Virus record (IMG/VR): IMGVR_UViG_3300045988_039638
DNA length: 32,357 bases
Reading direction: 5' to 3' (one strand)
Source of the DNA: a virus
Below the pieces are notes generated by a model. It did no database searches, was not told the DNA's origin, and was given only the letters and a program-made list of their open reading frames with translations. A program made the translations under genes and the position numbers. Positions 23,455 through 31,746 of the stretch are shown here, piece after piece. Each line of letters opens with the position of its first letter. Position 1 is the first letter of the stretch.

Positions 23455-23950
23455 TCACCTCACAATTATTTAATAGTTCTTCGATATTCATAGGTTCTTT
23501 ATCTCTCCATGAAATAAAATGGAATAAATCATCAAAGCCTTTTTGACGTCTAGCGTGTCCATACTCAGTTGACCATACATCCTCATTTTTTGATGGCTTG
23601 TCTCTATAAGTATATAACGCTCCGTCTTTATCTATTGCAATATAATTATATTTTTTGTCCCAATATTTGAGTAACTCATATTCTAATCTAGTTAGAATAA
23701 AAGACGCTGACGGCTCTTCATATACGACAGGAACGGCAATATCTTCAACAACTACTATACTTTCTTCTACTCCAACATTATATCCTTTATCATAATCACA
23801 TATTTCATGACCTTTTAGGCTTTCAAGCGAATTAATAATTATTTGTTTTGTATCGTTAAATACTTCTACTAGTTCGTTGTAATTCTTTAATAAACTAGTA
23901 TATGCATACTTTTTTCTTTCATATTTTTCTTTATAACTTGTTATTTTCAT
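23441..23950 (-). CDS. Hypothetical protein, paralog A
   Basis: 169 aa. The shared pattern is LT.LEY..LKY...YIA.DK.G.L..Y..KP.K...VW...F..LF.F....DKEP..I...L.NC.VI. Confidence 0.7.
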   Translation of the reverse strand: MKITSYKEKYERKKYAYTSLLKNYNELVEVFNDTKQIIINSLESLKGHEICDYDKGYNVGVEESIVVVEDIAVPVVYEEPSASFILTRLEYELLKYWDKKYNYIAIDKDGALYTYRDKPSKNEDVWSTEYGHARRQKGFDDLFHFISWRDKEPMNIEELLNNCEVIESD

Positions 23951-23961
23951 ATTTCTTTCTC

Positions 23962-24231
23962 CTATTTTTTGTATTTTATAAGTTTGAAATTATTTTCAAA
24001 CTCCAAAATTAGTCCATACAGTGTTCTACTTAAACACCACAACTCTTGTAACTGGTCACACTGATAATTAATAAATTTTGATTCGTCCATTTCATAAATA
24101 CAATTGTTAAGTAACAAAGCACTCATTTTGTTGTTTAAATCTGTAGCCTTCTTACTTGATTCATACGCTCTAGAAATTTTCTGTTTGATATAATAAAAAA
24201 AATTCAGCGTTCTTACTTTTAGACTTTTCAA
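23962..24231 (-). CDS. Hypothetical protein (89 aa, start uncertain)
   Basis: Track ORF with a TTG start and a weak RBS. Confidence 0.45.
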   Translation of the reverse strand: MKSLKVRTLNFFYYIKQKISRAYESSKKATDLNNKMSALLLNNCIYEMDESKFINYQCDQLQELWCLSRTLYGLILEFENNFKLIKYKK

Positions 24232-24296
24232 TATGCTTTTCTAGTCTTTCAGCATAACGCTATGAAGCATATGCTTCCGTGAATAGGAAGTCGCAA

Positions 24297-24716
24297 TTAT
24301 GACCAAATGCGTTTAATAACTTGTTGAGCCTTTCTCCACTTACTTTCGTCTTTATTCTCCTCTCTACCTTTTTTCTTCATATTAATAAAGTTCTGCATGG
24401 TATTGATTATATGTTCCTGTCTTCTTAGACAGTCATACCACAGTTCATGCAGTGCATCATATATGTTTTTATTGCTTTTATCAAAATTAACACCTAATGC
24501 TTCTTCTAGCATTAAATAAATATTACAATATAAATCAATAGCCCTATTATTAAAATGTCTTAGGTCTTTTAAATCACTATATAAAAGATTCATATAGTCT
24601 TCTTTTTTGGCTTCCTGTCTTTCGATAAATCTTTCAAGATTATATGAATATGAATCTAAATTATCGACATAACATTCATGCATATCATCCTCAGGATAGT
24701 TCTTTTGGTCTTCCAA
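24297..24716 (-). CDS. Hypothetical protein (139 aa, start uncertain)
   Basis: Track ORF with a TTG start. The frame stays open upstream to 24765 without any ATG. Confidence 0.55.
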   Translation of the reverse strand: MEDQKNYPEDDMHECYVDNLDSYSYNLERFIERQEAKKEDYMNLLYSDLKDLRHFNNRAIDLYCNIYLMLEEALGVNFDKSNKNIYDALHELWYDCLRRQEHIINTMQNFINMKKKGREENKDESKWRKAQQVIKRIWS

Positions 24717-24766
24717 GTAATCTTCTAAGATAGGTTTTTCAAGACCTGTTATTTCTTCTACAATCT

Positions 24767-25111
24767 TTATCTTCTGTCCTCATTTCTTGTTTTCTTTGCT
24801 CTCTTAATCTCTCTATTGACTTTATATGTGTGCCACTTTTCGACCTCTGCAATGTCAATATATCCTAATGATGTGAGTTCGCTAATGCAGATAAGCACGT
24901 CTGCAATCTCCTCTTGTAGGTTGTCTTTGTATTCGTCTTTAAACCCATATCTTTTAACTTTTGTTAAGGCTTGTATTAGTTCTGCGCTTTCTTCTGTTGC
25001 GATTGTTAATGTTAAATCGTCTCCATTTACATGAGCGACAGAATCAATTTCTAAAGTCTTATACATAAGTATATCTTCTATTTTCTTTAAATCTTTGTAC
25101 ATTCTCATCAC
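24767..25111 (-). CDS. MazG-like nucleotide pyrophosphohydrolase
   Basis: 114 aa. EESAELIQAL ... LQEEIADVLICISEL form paired EExxE/ExxD-type helices. It has its own promoter upstream. Confidence 0.7.
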   Translation of the reverse strand: MMRMYKDLKKIEDILMYKTLEIDSVAHVNGDDLTLTIATEESAELIQALTKVKRYGFKDEYKDNLQEEIADVLICISELTSLGYIDIAEVEKWHTYKVNREIKRAKKTRNEDRR

Positions 25112-25129
25112 CTCTCTTCCTATATCTTC

Positions 25130-25157
25130 ATTATACTCTTGTTTATAATAAAATCAA
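25130..25157 (-). promoter_or_regulatory. Sigma-A-type promoter
   Basis: Minus strand: TTGATT (25157..25152), 16-nt spacer, TATAAT (25135..25130). Confidence 0.65.
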
Positions 25158-25189
25158 TACTTTTCTAAATTATTTTAATGTTTTTATAA

Positions 25190-25215
25190 ATAAAAAAGAC
25201 TTGCATTTCTGCAAG
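25190..25215 (-). terminator. Rho-independent terminator
   Basis: Minus strand: CTTGCA, loop gaaa, TGCAAG, followed by TCTTTTTTATTT. Confidence 0.75.
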
Positions 25216-25224
25216 CCGTTTATA

Positions 25225-25596
25225 TTATCCAAGCACTAGAACTACACTAACAATAAACAATAGTATTGCTAGAACGCACGTTTCTATGTTCATTTCTTTA
25301 TTGTCTTTTTTCAAATCTTCGCATTCTAATAGTTTAGCATTGTATGAGTTCATAGCCTTTACATATTTGTTTTTAAATTCTTTTGATTCTTTCTTTGTTC
25401 TGTCAAGTTCGTTTTGTAGTTGCACCTTATCTTTCACTTTTTCGCAATACAATGTATAACGTTTTTCATACTTGTTTAGCAATTGCTTATAGTCTTTTAC
25501 GAGTTTCTCATATTCATTATTTAGGTGATTATATTTACCTTTTAACACTTTATAATTAAACTCGGAAATCTCTAATTTTTCTTCTGCATCTGTCAT
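25225..25596 (-). CDS. Coiled-coil protein with a C-terminal transmembrane anchor
   Basis: 123 aa. It is K/E-rich and helical, ending in CVLAILLFIVSVVLVLG. Confidence 0.65.
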   Translation of the reverse strand: MTDAEEKLEISEFNYKVLKGKYNHLNNEYEKLVKDYKQLLNKYEKRYTLYCEKVKDKVQLQNELDRTKKESKEFKNKYVKAMNSYNAKLLECEDLKKDNKEMNIETCVLAILLFIVSVVLVLG

Positions 25597-26402
25597 TATT
25601 TACTTACAACCTCCCCTGTTTCTTCTTTAACTTCGAAGTCTGCTTCTACAAATTCGTTTGGCTTGTCTGCGATATCATCTGCATTCATTCCATCAAAACT
25701 CTTTACAGTCTCGTCTTGTGCCACCGCTCTTACAAATTCAGTTTTTAATGGCATATATTTCAATAACTTCTTGAGTACTGTCTTTTTAGCCATTTCATCA
25801 AATTCTTTCTGCCATATACCTCCACTATAATTTTTGCTGTATTTTCTTGCATGCTCGTCAATCTCATCTTTTGACATTACTTTAAATCCTTCTCCACCAT
25901 TCTTTAGTTTAAAAACTGCATAATAGAAGACAGGTTTACCACGGTTTGACTTACTAGGAATATGCTTTAGTTTTGGTTCAAGCCCCAATTCATATTCGAA
26001 TGTGTCATTTTCGCAAACAACCTCAGCAGTGATACTCTTTACCTCTCCTGTTCTAAATGCTAAGTCAATTAATCCCCTATAGCCAATCTGAAATTGACAC
26101 TGTTTGCCATATGGAATCAGATAGGCTTGACCTAATGAGGTATTAGGCTCTAGCCCTAGTTGAGCAGAATTTAACATCGCTCCAACGAAACTTTGTGGTG
26201 TGCATTCTGCAAGTTTTGGATTATTAGTGACTGCAGTTGTAACGATTCTCGCAAATCGCTCTGGTGTCATAACGTCTGGTAGCGCCTTTGCAATTTCACC
26301 TTTATAAAGTTTGATGTAATCCTTGATTGTCTGCCCTTGCTGTTTAGCGACCTCCTGTTTTGCTGTTTTAGTGATTATACCTTTTTGTTTAACTTCTGCC
26401 AT
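25596..26402 (-). CDS. recT: RecT-family single-strand annealing recombinase
   Basis: 268 aa. The sequence NPKLAECTPQSFVGAMLNSAQLGLEPNTSLGQAYLIPYGKQCQFQIGYRGLIDLA is RecT-like. It is paired with a YqaJ exonuclease upstream. Confidence 0.85.
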   Translation of the reverse strand: MAEVKQKGIITKTAKQEVAKQQGQTIKDYIKLYKGEIAKALPDVMTPERFARIVTTAVTNNPKLAECTPQSFVGAMLNSAQLGLEPNTSLGQAYLIPYGKQCQFQIGYRGLIDLAFRTGEVKSITAEVVCENDTFEYELGLEPKLKHIPSKSNRGKPVFYYAVFKLKNGGEGFKVMSKDEIDEHARKYSKNYSGGIWQKEFDEMAKKTVLKKLLKYMPLKTEFVRAVAQDETVKSFDGMNADDIADKPNEFVEADFEVKEETGEVVSK

Positions 26403-26416
26403 ATCTTATTCCTCCT

Positions 26417-26650
26417 TTATTTTTCTGCCATAATCAACATGACAGGAACTGAAAATGGGTCGTCATGTGATATTTCTAAATGAATACTTGTAACTAGCAA
26501 GTCTCCAAGTTTTTGCTTTTTGAATAACTCATTAGTTGTAATATCCTTTTTGAATCCGAATAATTCTTCCTTTTTGCTTATGTCTTTGATGTGTAATAAT
26601 TCATCATCATCGAGCCTATAAACAAGTTCATTCACTCTCATTTCTTTCAA
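26417..26650 (-). CDS. Hypothetical protein (74-77 aa)
   Basis: Track ORF. ATG at 26641 fits the AGGAGG RBS better than TTG at 26650. Confidence 0.6.
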   Translation of the reverse strand: MKEMRVNELVYRLDDDELLHIKDISKKEELFGFKKDITTNELFKKQKLGDLLVTSIHLEISHDDPFSVPVMLIMAEK

Positions 26651-26942
26651 TTCCTCCTTTGACTAGTCTTGCACATAATCTTGTTTTTTCTTCAACAATG
26701 CTTCTGCGAGTTCTAAATGTTTCTAAGTAAGCATTTAAAGCATTTATAACGTCGTCTAAATCAAATGTAATCTCTTTTAAATAATGGGATACAAACTTGT
26801 CACCTTTTGTTTCATCATGCGCTTTAGACATTTCTTTCTTTTCATAATTTAGTTTCTCTAATAGTATTGATATATCGCTATCGACCGTATCAAGTGAGCA
26901 TTCGACACTATATAACTTGTTCTGTAATTCTTTACTTGTCAT
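26628..26942 (-). CDS. Hypothetical protein (104 aa)
   Basis: Track ORF with RBS AAAGGAG and its own promoter at 26978-27006. Confidence 0.65.
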   Translation of the reverse strand: MTSKELQNKLYSVECSLDTVDSDISILLEKLNYEKKEMSKAHDETKGDKFVSHYLKEITFDLDDVINALNAYLETFRTRRSIVEEKTRLCARLVKGGIERNESE

Positions 26943-26977
26943 TCTTTATTCGCTCCTTTTTTTTAATTTCTATATTA

Positions 26978-27006
26978 ATTAGATGCTATATATAGTATAT
27001 AGTCAA
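26978..27006 (-). promoter_or_regulatory. Sigma-A-type promoter
   Basis: Minus strand: TTGACT (27006..27001), 17-nt spacer, TCTAAT (26983..26978). Confidence 0.5.
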
Positions 27007-27947
27007 TGATTATTTTTCTTTTTTACTACAAATCTTTCTGATATTGTTTCTTTCATATACTTTTTGTAAACCAACGGTTCATTCTTTTTTAAATCTGATT
27101 GACTAAACCTTCTTGTAGGCTTACGCTTCCACGTCACGATTAAATCTTCCGTTTCCGCTTTTTCTGCACTTCTCATTTCATGCTTTACAATGTTTTCATA
27201 AAGCGTCTTTTGCTCTTTAAGTTCCTTTATTTTTTCGTTTATGTTGTAAATCATGTTTAGCGCTGTTTCTGTCTCATGACCTAATATACATTCTTTGTCA
27301 TCTTTTGAATAATTGAATACTGCTTCAAGTGTTGTTGCAGTCGAACTTGTGCCGTCAATTGGTGGTGCTTCTCCTGTCTCTACTTTGTTCCAAAAATCTT
27401 CTTCGGCTTCTATGAGTGCTTTAATTTCTTCTTCGTCTCTGTTAATCTCAAACCAATAGAAACCCTTTCCCATTACTAATATAGCAATATACCACTTTCT
27501 TAGTCCTGTAACTGCCATATAATGCATGCATTGACAGTAATAAGAAGGTGGTATATCTCCGCTCTCAAAATCATATTTTGCCAATGCACTCGCAGTCTTG
27601 CATTCTAAACCGCAAGGTTCGTCCGTCAACAATCTATCAACATTCGCAAGCATAAACGGATGGGATTTTGATTGGAAGGAATAGTCACTCGTTACAACTT
27701 CATGCCCTGTTGCTTCCACAAATCTGCGTGCTACATAGTCTTCAAGGTCTCTGCCGATTCTCATTGATTCGTTGTCGGCATCCTCTGTATGCAGTAGACC
27801 ACTTTTTTCAGCCCATAATGTATATGGACTTTTATACTTATTTAGTCCTAATACTGCTCCGACATCTGAACCTCCGATTCCGTTTTTTCTATCTTCTAGC
27901 CATTCTTCATGAGTTGATGGCAGAGGATGTTTGATAACTCCATCCAT
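27003..27947 (-). CDS. YqaJ-like viral recombinase exonuclease (lambda Exo-like PD-(D/E)XK)
   Basis: 314 aa. The N-terminus reads EWLEDRKNGIGGSDVGAVLGLNKYKSPYTLWAEK. It is paired with RecT. Confidence 0.85.
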   Translation of the reverse strand: MDGVIKHPLPSTHEEWLEDRKNGIGGSDVGAVLGLNKYKSPYTLWAEKSGLLHTEDADNESMRIGRDLEDYVARRFVEATGHEVVTSDYSFQSKSHPFMLANVDRLLTDEPCGLECKTASALAKYDFESGDIPPSYYCQCMHYMAVTGLRKWYIAILVMGKGFYWFEINRDEEEIKALIEAEEDFWNKVETGEAPPIDGTSSTATTLEAVFNYSKDDKECILGHETETALNMIYNINEKIKELKEQKTLYENIVKHEMRSAEKAETEDLIVTWKRKPTRRFSQSDLKKNEPLVYKKYMKETISERFVVKKKNNH

Positions 27948-27950
27948 GTT

Positions 27951-28139
27951 CTACCCTCTTTTCTTGCTTATTCTAATAAGCGTGTATTCGATTAATAGTA
28001 AATTAAACATTAATGATATAGCCATAACCGTTTTAATTTCTACAACACTGCAATTGTTGCCATTTATAACGCTATATCCTAACACTCCTGTAATCAACAC
28101 ATTAAATAATGTTAATATAATTTTCTCAAATTTGCTCAT
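27951..28139 (-). CDS. Small two-TM membrane protein (62 aa)
   Basis: Strong RBS TAAGGAGGAATTAC precedes the ATG. There are two hydrophobic segments and a basic C-terminus (SKKRG). Confidence 0.65.
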   Translation of the reverse strand: MSKFEKIILTLFNVLITGVLGYSVINGNNCSVVEIKTVMAISLMFNLLLIEYTLIRISKKRG

Positions 28140-28162
28140 TGTAATTCCTCCTTATACATGTT

Positions 28163-28190
28163 AATATATACATGTCTGATATTTCATCAA
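28163..28190 (-). promoter_or_regulatory. Sigma-A-type promoter (weaker match)
   Basis: Minus strand: TTGATG (28190..28185), 16-nt spacer, TATATT (28168..28163). Confidence 0.4.
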
Positions 28191-28228
28191 TCTTTTTTAA
28201 ATAAATAGATGAAGATGTTATAAGAATT

Positions 28229-28265
28229 GGTGGTTCTCTGTTTAGGAGTTCCACCTTTTCTTTTT
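28229..28265. terminator. Hairpin whose U-tract lies on the plus strand
   Basis: GGTGG (28229-28233) pairs with CCACC (28251-28255), with inner CTC/GAG pairs. On the plus strand it is followed by TTTTCTTTTT. On the minus strand it is followed only by AATTCTT. Confidence 0.45.
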
Positions 28266-28575
28266 AGTTCAATCTTTCATCTCTTTCATCTTCTACAAGT
28301 TCACCAATATCTTTCAAAGATTTTATCAATCTTCTCAATCTTGTAATTCTAATTGCTTTAAACTGATTCTTCAATTCTTCCTCTGGGTCTTCTACAATGT
28401 CATTTAATAAGACCTTCGTTTTCTCATGGTCTTCTTCGTCCATGTCATTAAATAACATTTTAGTCAGTGCAGTAATTACCATCATTAAATGCAGAACGCA
28501 TAATCCGTTCTTTTCAAGTTCTAATTTTTCTTTTTCTTCGTCTAAAACACCTGTAATTTTAATTTTTGTTTTCAT
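28264..28575 (-). CDS. Acidic hypothetical protein (103 aa)
   Basis: The start is reassigned to ATG 28575 after ATAGGAGGTAT. The track start is 28602. Confidence 0.65.
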   Translation of the reverse strand: MKTKIKITGVLDEEKEKLELEKNGLCVLHLMMVITALTKMLFNDMDEEDHEKTKVLLNDIVEDPEEELKNQFKAIRITRLRRLIKSLKDIGELVEDERDERLN

Positions 28576-28592
28576 ATTTTTTATACCTCCTA

Positions 28593-28793
28593 TTATTTCC
28601 ACTTAATATTTTCAAAAGGAACTCCGACAATCTCAGAAAACTTTATTGCCTCATCTACATAGAATCTTGTTTTTCCTTTTTCCTTATTGAAATAAGTAAC
28701 GCTATTAATACCGAGTTTATCTGCGACATTTTGGACGCTCAATCCACTGTAATGACGTGCTTGTCTCGGTGTGAAACTTTTAAATTCATTCAA
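28593..28793 (-). CDS. XRE/Cro-like helix-turn-helix regulator
   Basis: The HTH reads LSVQNVADKLGINSVTYFNKEKGKTRF. TTG at 28793 lies 6 nt after GGAGGTGG. The track ATG at 28820 lies upstream of the predicted transcription start. Confidence 0.75.
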   Translation of the reverse strand: MNEFKSFTPRQARHYSGLSVQNVADKLGINSVTYFNKEKGKTRFYVDEAIKFSEIVGVPFENIKWK

Positions 28794-28822
28794 TTTTAAC
28801 CACCTCCGTTTTCTTCTCATTT

Positions 28823-28851
28823 ATATTACTGCTTTTATACATCGTTGTCAA
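28823..28851 (-). promoter_or_regulatory. Sigma-A-type promoter
   Basis: Minus strand: TTGACA (28851..28846), 17-nt spacer, TAATAT (28828..28823). Confidence 0.7.
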
Positions 28852-28926
28852 GCGTTTTATTAATTTTTTCTATAGTTTATTTAATGAATATAATGGAGGC
28901 TCGTTCTTGAGCATCTAACATATATT

Positions 28927-29205
28927 TTATAATGTTACATAGTAAGTATTACTGCTGTAAGTCTTTACAACATTCATATATTCATCAAATTCTCTGTTAT
29001 ATACAACCTTGATTTCTGCAACTGATGAATGATTAATTCTTAAATCTTCGCCGTCGTATTCTTCAATGTCTGAAATTGCACCAAAGCCCAAACAAATATA
29101 AAATATGCCTTCTTCATTTTTTGACATTTCAATGTACTGCTCATTTGTGTACATATCCATAGCAATAGCGGAACTTTTCTGTTTTGAATTTTTTAATGTT
29201 TTCAT
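28927..29205 (-). CDS. Hypothetical protein (92 aa)
   Basis: Track ORF with RBS TAGGAGGAATAATT. Confidence 0.65.
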   Translation of the reverse strand: MKTLKNSKQKSSAIAMDMYTNEQYIEMSKNEEGIFYICLGFGAISDIEEYDGEDLRINHSSVAEIKVVYNREFDEYMNVVKTYSSNTYYVTL

Positions 29206-29262
29206 AATTATTCCTCCTAGTTAAAAAAGTTGGTGTTTATAGTGTTATCGCTTCACTTATTT

Positions 29263-29664
29263 TTATTTGTTTTTAATTTCGCAATCATAAGTTCTTTTTA
29301 TGATTTCATTTAAAATTCTTTCTTTATTTTCTCTTGTTGCTTCAAGAATCCAATCAAAATTGATTTTTGTTCCATGTGGTAAAATTTGTGGATTATACTT
29401 TCCATAGCAATTTCCTTTTTCATCATAGACATATACTTCAACATTCCAATAATTTTCTAATTTTTCTTTGATAAAACCTTCTTTATACCATACATTTAGT
29501 ATGTGTCCTTTGCAGTCATTTTCAATCTTTGTAAATTCAATTTCAATTCTTTCATCTTTAGAATTTCTATCATTGAAATGATAAAATTCTCTTCTTTCGC
29601 TCATTTTCTCCATTGTATACTCATGACCATCAATTTTTAAAATACCATTATTCATTCTTTCCAT
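29263..29664 (-). CDS. Hypothetical protein (133 aa)
   Basis: The start is reassigned to ATG 29664 after AAGGGAGGTAAGC. The track start at 29721 overlaps the gene's own promoter. Confidence 0.7.
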   Translation of the reverse strand: MERMNNGILKIDGHEYTMEKMSERREFYHFNDRNSKDERIEIEFTKIENDCKGHILNVWYKEGFIKEKLENYWNVEVYVYDEKGNCYGKYNPQILPHGTKINFDWILEATRENKERILNEIIKRTYDCEIKNK

Positions 29665-29692
29665 TTTGCTTACCTCCCTTATTACATCTATA

Positions 29693-29721
29693 ATTATATA
29701 TGTAATACATAGAAAAGTCAA
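29693..29721 (-). promoter_or_regulatory. Sigma-A-type promoter
   Basis: Minus strand: TTGACT (29721..29716), 17-nt spacer, TATAAT (29698..29693). It is followed by TATAGATGTAATAAGG, similar to the plus-strand modules. Confidence 0.75.
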
Positions 29722-29757
29722 TACTTTTTTTAAACTTTTTTTTAAATCTTTTTGCAG

Positions 29758-29787
29758 TTATAAAAGAGTGATATCACTCTTTTATAA
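29758..29787. terminator. 30-bp perfect palindrome (bidirectional terminator)
   Basis: TTATAAAAGAGTGAT/ATCACTCTTTTATAA. It includes the stop codon of 29774..30367. Confidence 0.7.
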
Positions 29788-30367
29788 ACCACACTTTTCC
29801 ATGAGATGCTTTTACATCTCTTTGTGAAAATACATAATATGCTCCATGTAATGTATGTGATATATTTGTTATATTACAGTCATATGAATAAATATTGAAA
29901 TCTCCATTAACATACGTTACAAATTCAGCATTTTTTGGTGCTTCTGTTGGTGTATCAGAAATCAATACATCTGTATTTCCATCTCCATAGCCATTAGGAA
30001 TATTAAATTGAAAACTATCATTTCCAATTTTTACGCTACCAACATCACTATATGTTTTTACTACCTTAAAAGGTTTGATTTCTTTCAAATCATCATTTTT
30101 AAGGATTTCAACATATGTATGAGTATCAGCAATAAATGCGATTCCACTTTGAATTATCCAACATAATTTACCATAAAAGTTTTTATTTTTGATTTCATCA
30201 AAATCAATGATTTCAAAATTAGGGATTAATTTTAAATAATCCAATGTGTTTAATGTTGGTTTCTTACCAACACTTGAATCATATAAACAACAGAAGATGT
30301 CTGCGTTTTCTTCTTTTCCTTCTCCAACAATCATAATAAAATCATCATTAACTCTATAAGTATTCAT
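29774..30367 (-). CDS. Hypothetical protein (197 aa) in a stand-alone transcription unit
   Basis: Track ORF with RBS AAGGAGA. It has its own promoter (30412-30440) and terminator (29758-29787). Confidence 0.75.
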   Translation of the reverse strand: MNTYRVNDDFIMIVGEGKEENADIFCCLYDSSVGKKPTLNTLDYLKLIPNFEIIDFDEIKNKNFYGKLCWIIQSGIAFIADTHTYVEILKNDDLKEIKPFKVVKTYSDVGSVKIGNDSFQFNIPNGYGDGNTDVLISDTPTEAPKNAEFVTYVNGDFNIYSYDCNITNISHTLHGAYYVFSQRDVKASHGKVWFIKE

Positions 30368-30411
30368 ATTCTTTTCTCCTTAGGGGGTTGCCCTCTTCTC
30401 TTTACAAGTAT

Positions 30412-30440
30412 ATTATATACTATATATTACATATATGCAA
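30412..30440 (-). promoter_or_regulatory. Sigma-A-type promoter
   Basis: Minus strand: TTGCAT (30440..30435), 17-nt spacer, TATAAT (30417..30412). The leader is GAGGGCAACCCCCTAAGGAG. Confidence 0.75.
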
Positions 30441-30470
30441 GCATTTATTTAAAAAAAGTTTTGAATAAAA

Positions 30471-30499
30471 TAAAAAAAGCCATAACGTTATTGGTTATG
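30471..30499 (-). terminator. Rho-independent terminator after the helicase gene
   Basis: Minus strand: CATAAC, loop, GTTATG, followed by GCTTTTTTTATTTT. Confidence 0.75.
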
Positions 30500-30501
30500 A
30501 C

Positions 30502-31734
30502 TTACTTTTCTCTAATTGTCATTATCTTTTTAGTAAACTCGATAGGAATATCAACATCAACACTTCCTCGAGTATTTTTCGCAATGCGTAAATAGTAATC
30601 ATCTTCTTGCTTGTTATATATGAATATTACTTGACGAGCGCTGTTCTCAATCTCGCCACTTTCTTTTAGTCTGCTAAGCGTTGGAGGCTCATTTAATCTA
30701 GCCTTCTGTCCCTGTTGTGGTTGACCTCTGCTAACTTGAGATAATGCTATCATTGTTATGTTGTGATTGAGCGCTAAGGCACGAAGGCTCTTTGCTATTT
30801 CTGTTGTTTTCTCATAAAGAGAAGAACGGCTAAAACCTCTTATCATGCCTATATGGTCTACAAAAACGATAACGTGTTCATCGGTGTCTAATCTGTTTAT
30901 ATTTGTGTTTATTGTTTCTAGGCTCTTAGCACCTGTTACAAGCGTTATTCTCTTATTGTTGACTATTTCACTTATACCGTTGTCAATGCTGCTCTTTAAG
31001 TCTGTATCGGTGATATAACGGTATCTTTCTAGGGTATCCATTGGAACTCCTGTTTCAATTGATAACAAGCGTGCCTTAATGTCTTCTTCTGCCATTTCCA
31101 TATTGAAGTAAACACATTGGTAATGCTTAGACAGTTCACTAAGCATATTCAAGGCTAAAGCCGTTTTCCCTCCACCTGTGCTGCTTGCTGAAATCACCAT
31201 AAAATCATGCTCTTTCATTTTAAGGAATGCTTCCAATTTTGGAAAACCTAAGCCCATTATAGCATTGTTTTCAGTCTCTAAAAAGTTAAAATCTGCAATG
31301 CTCAAGGTTTCCTGTTTAATAGTTCCTAAACTATTAATAATATTTAAATTAGAAAAATATTCATCTATATCACATTTACCATTATCATATTTTCTGAATT
31401 CACTTCTTACAAGTCTATCTTTATAGGCACTTATAATTGTATCTTCTAGTCCTTGTATGCTTGCAATTTCTTCATAAGGATTACTTTTGTAAACAGTGTT
31501 AAAAACAAAGTCTTGGTTTATGTTTTTATCTTCTAATAAATCCGTGAGAAGTTCTGCGTCTCTCCCTTCTTTATGCAGTTCCTTTATTCTTTTAAATAAA
31601 TACTTAAAATTTGAATTGCCAAACTCTTTGAAATAGTTTTCATTAATAGATAACTTGTCTATATCTTCTTTATGCTTTAGCAAATAACCTATTATATTAC
31701 ATTGTATTTCAAATAATGTCTTATCATCAATCAT
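30502..31734 (-). CDS. DnaB-like replicative DNA helicase
   Basis: 410 aa with a DnaB-N-like N-terminus. The Walker A motif is SASSTGGGKTALALN and the Walker B-like motif is VIVFVDHIGMI. Confidence 0.85.
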   Translation of the reverse strand: MIDDKTLFEIQCNIIGYLLKHKEDIDKLSINENYFKEFGNSNFKYLFKRIKELHKEGRDAELLTDLLEDKNINQDFVFNTVYKSNPYEEIASIQGLEDTIISAYKDRLVRSEFRKYDNGKCDIDEYFSNLNIINSLGTIKQETLSIADFNFLETENNAIMGLGFPKLEAFLKMKEHDFMVISASSTGGGKTALALNMLSELSKHYQCVYFNMEMAEEDIKARLLSIETGVPMDTLERYRYITDTDLKSSIDNGISEIVNNKRITLVTGAKSLETINTNINRLDTDEHVIVFVDHIGMIRGFSRSSLYEKTTEIAKSLRALALNHNITMIALSQVSRGQPQQGQKARLNEPPTLSRLKESGEIENSARQVIFIYNKQEDDYYLRIAKNTRGSVDVDIPIEFTKKIMTIREK

Positions 31735-31746
31735 AATTTACATCCC

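Noticed and set aside
24190-24296. A T8 run (minus strand) near the start of 23962..24231, and an ATG four codons before an in-frame TAG, considered as another frame break or read-through.
   Set aside because: Neither alternative frame has a convincing start or RBS, and there is no motif continuity across the run. It is left as an ORF with an uncertain start.
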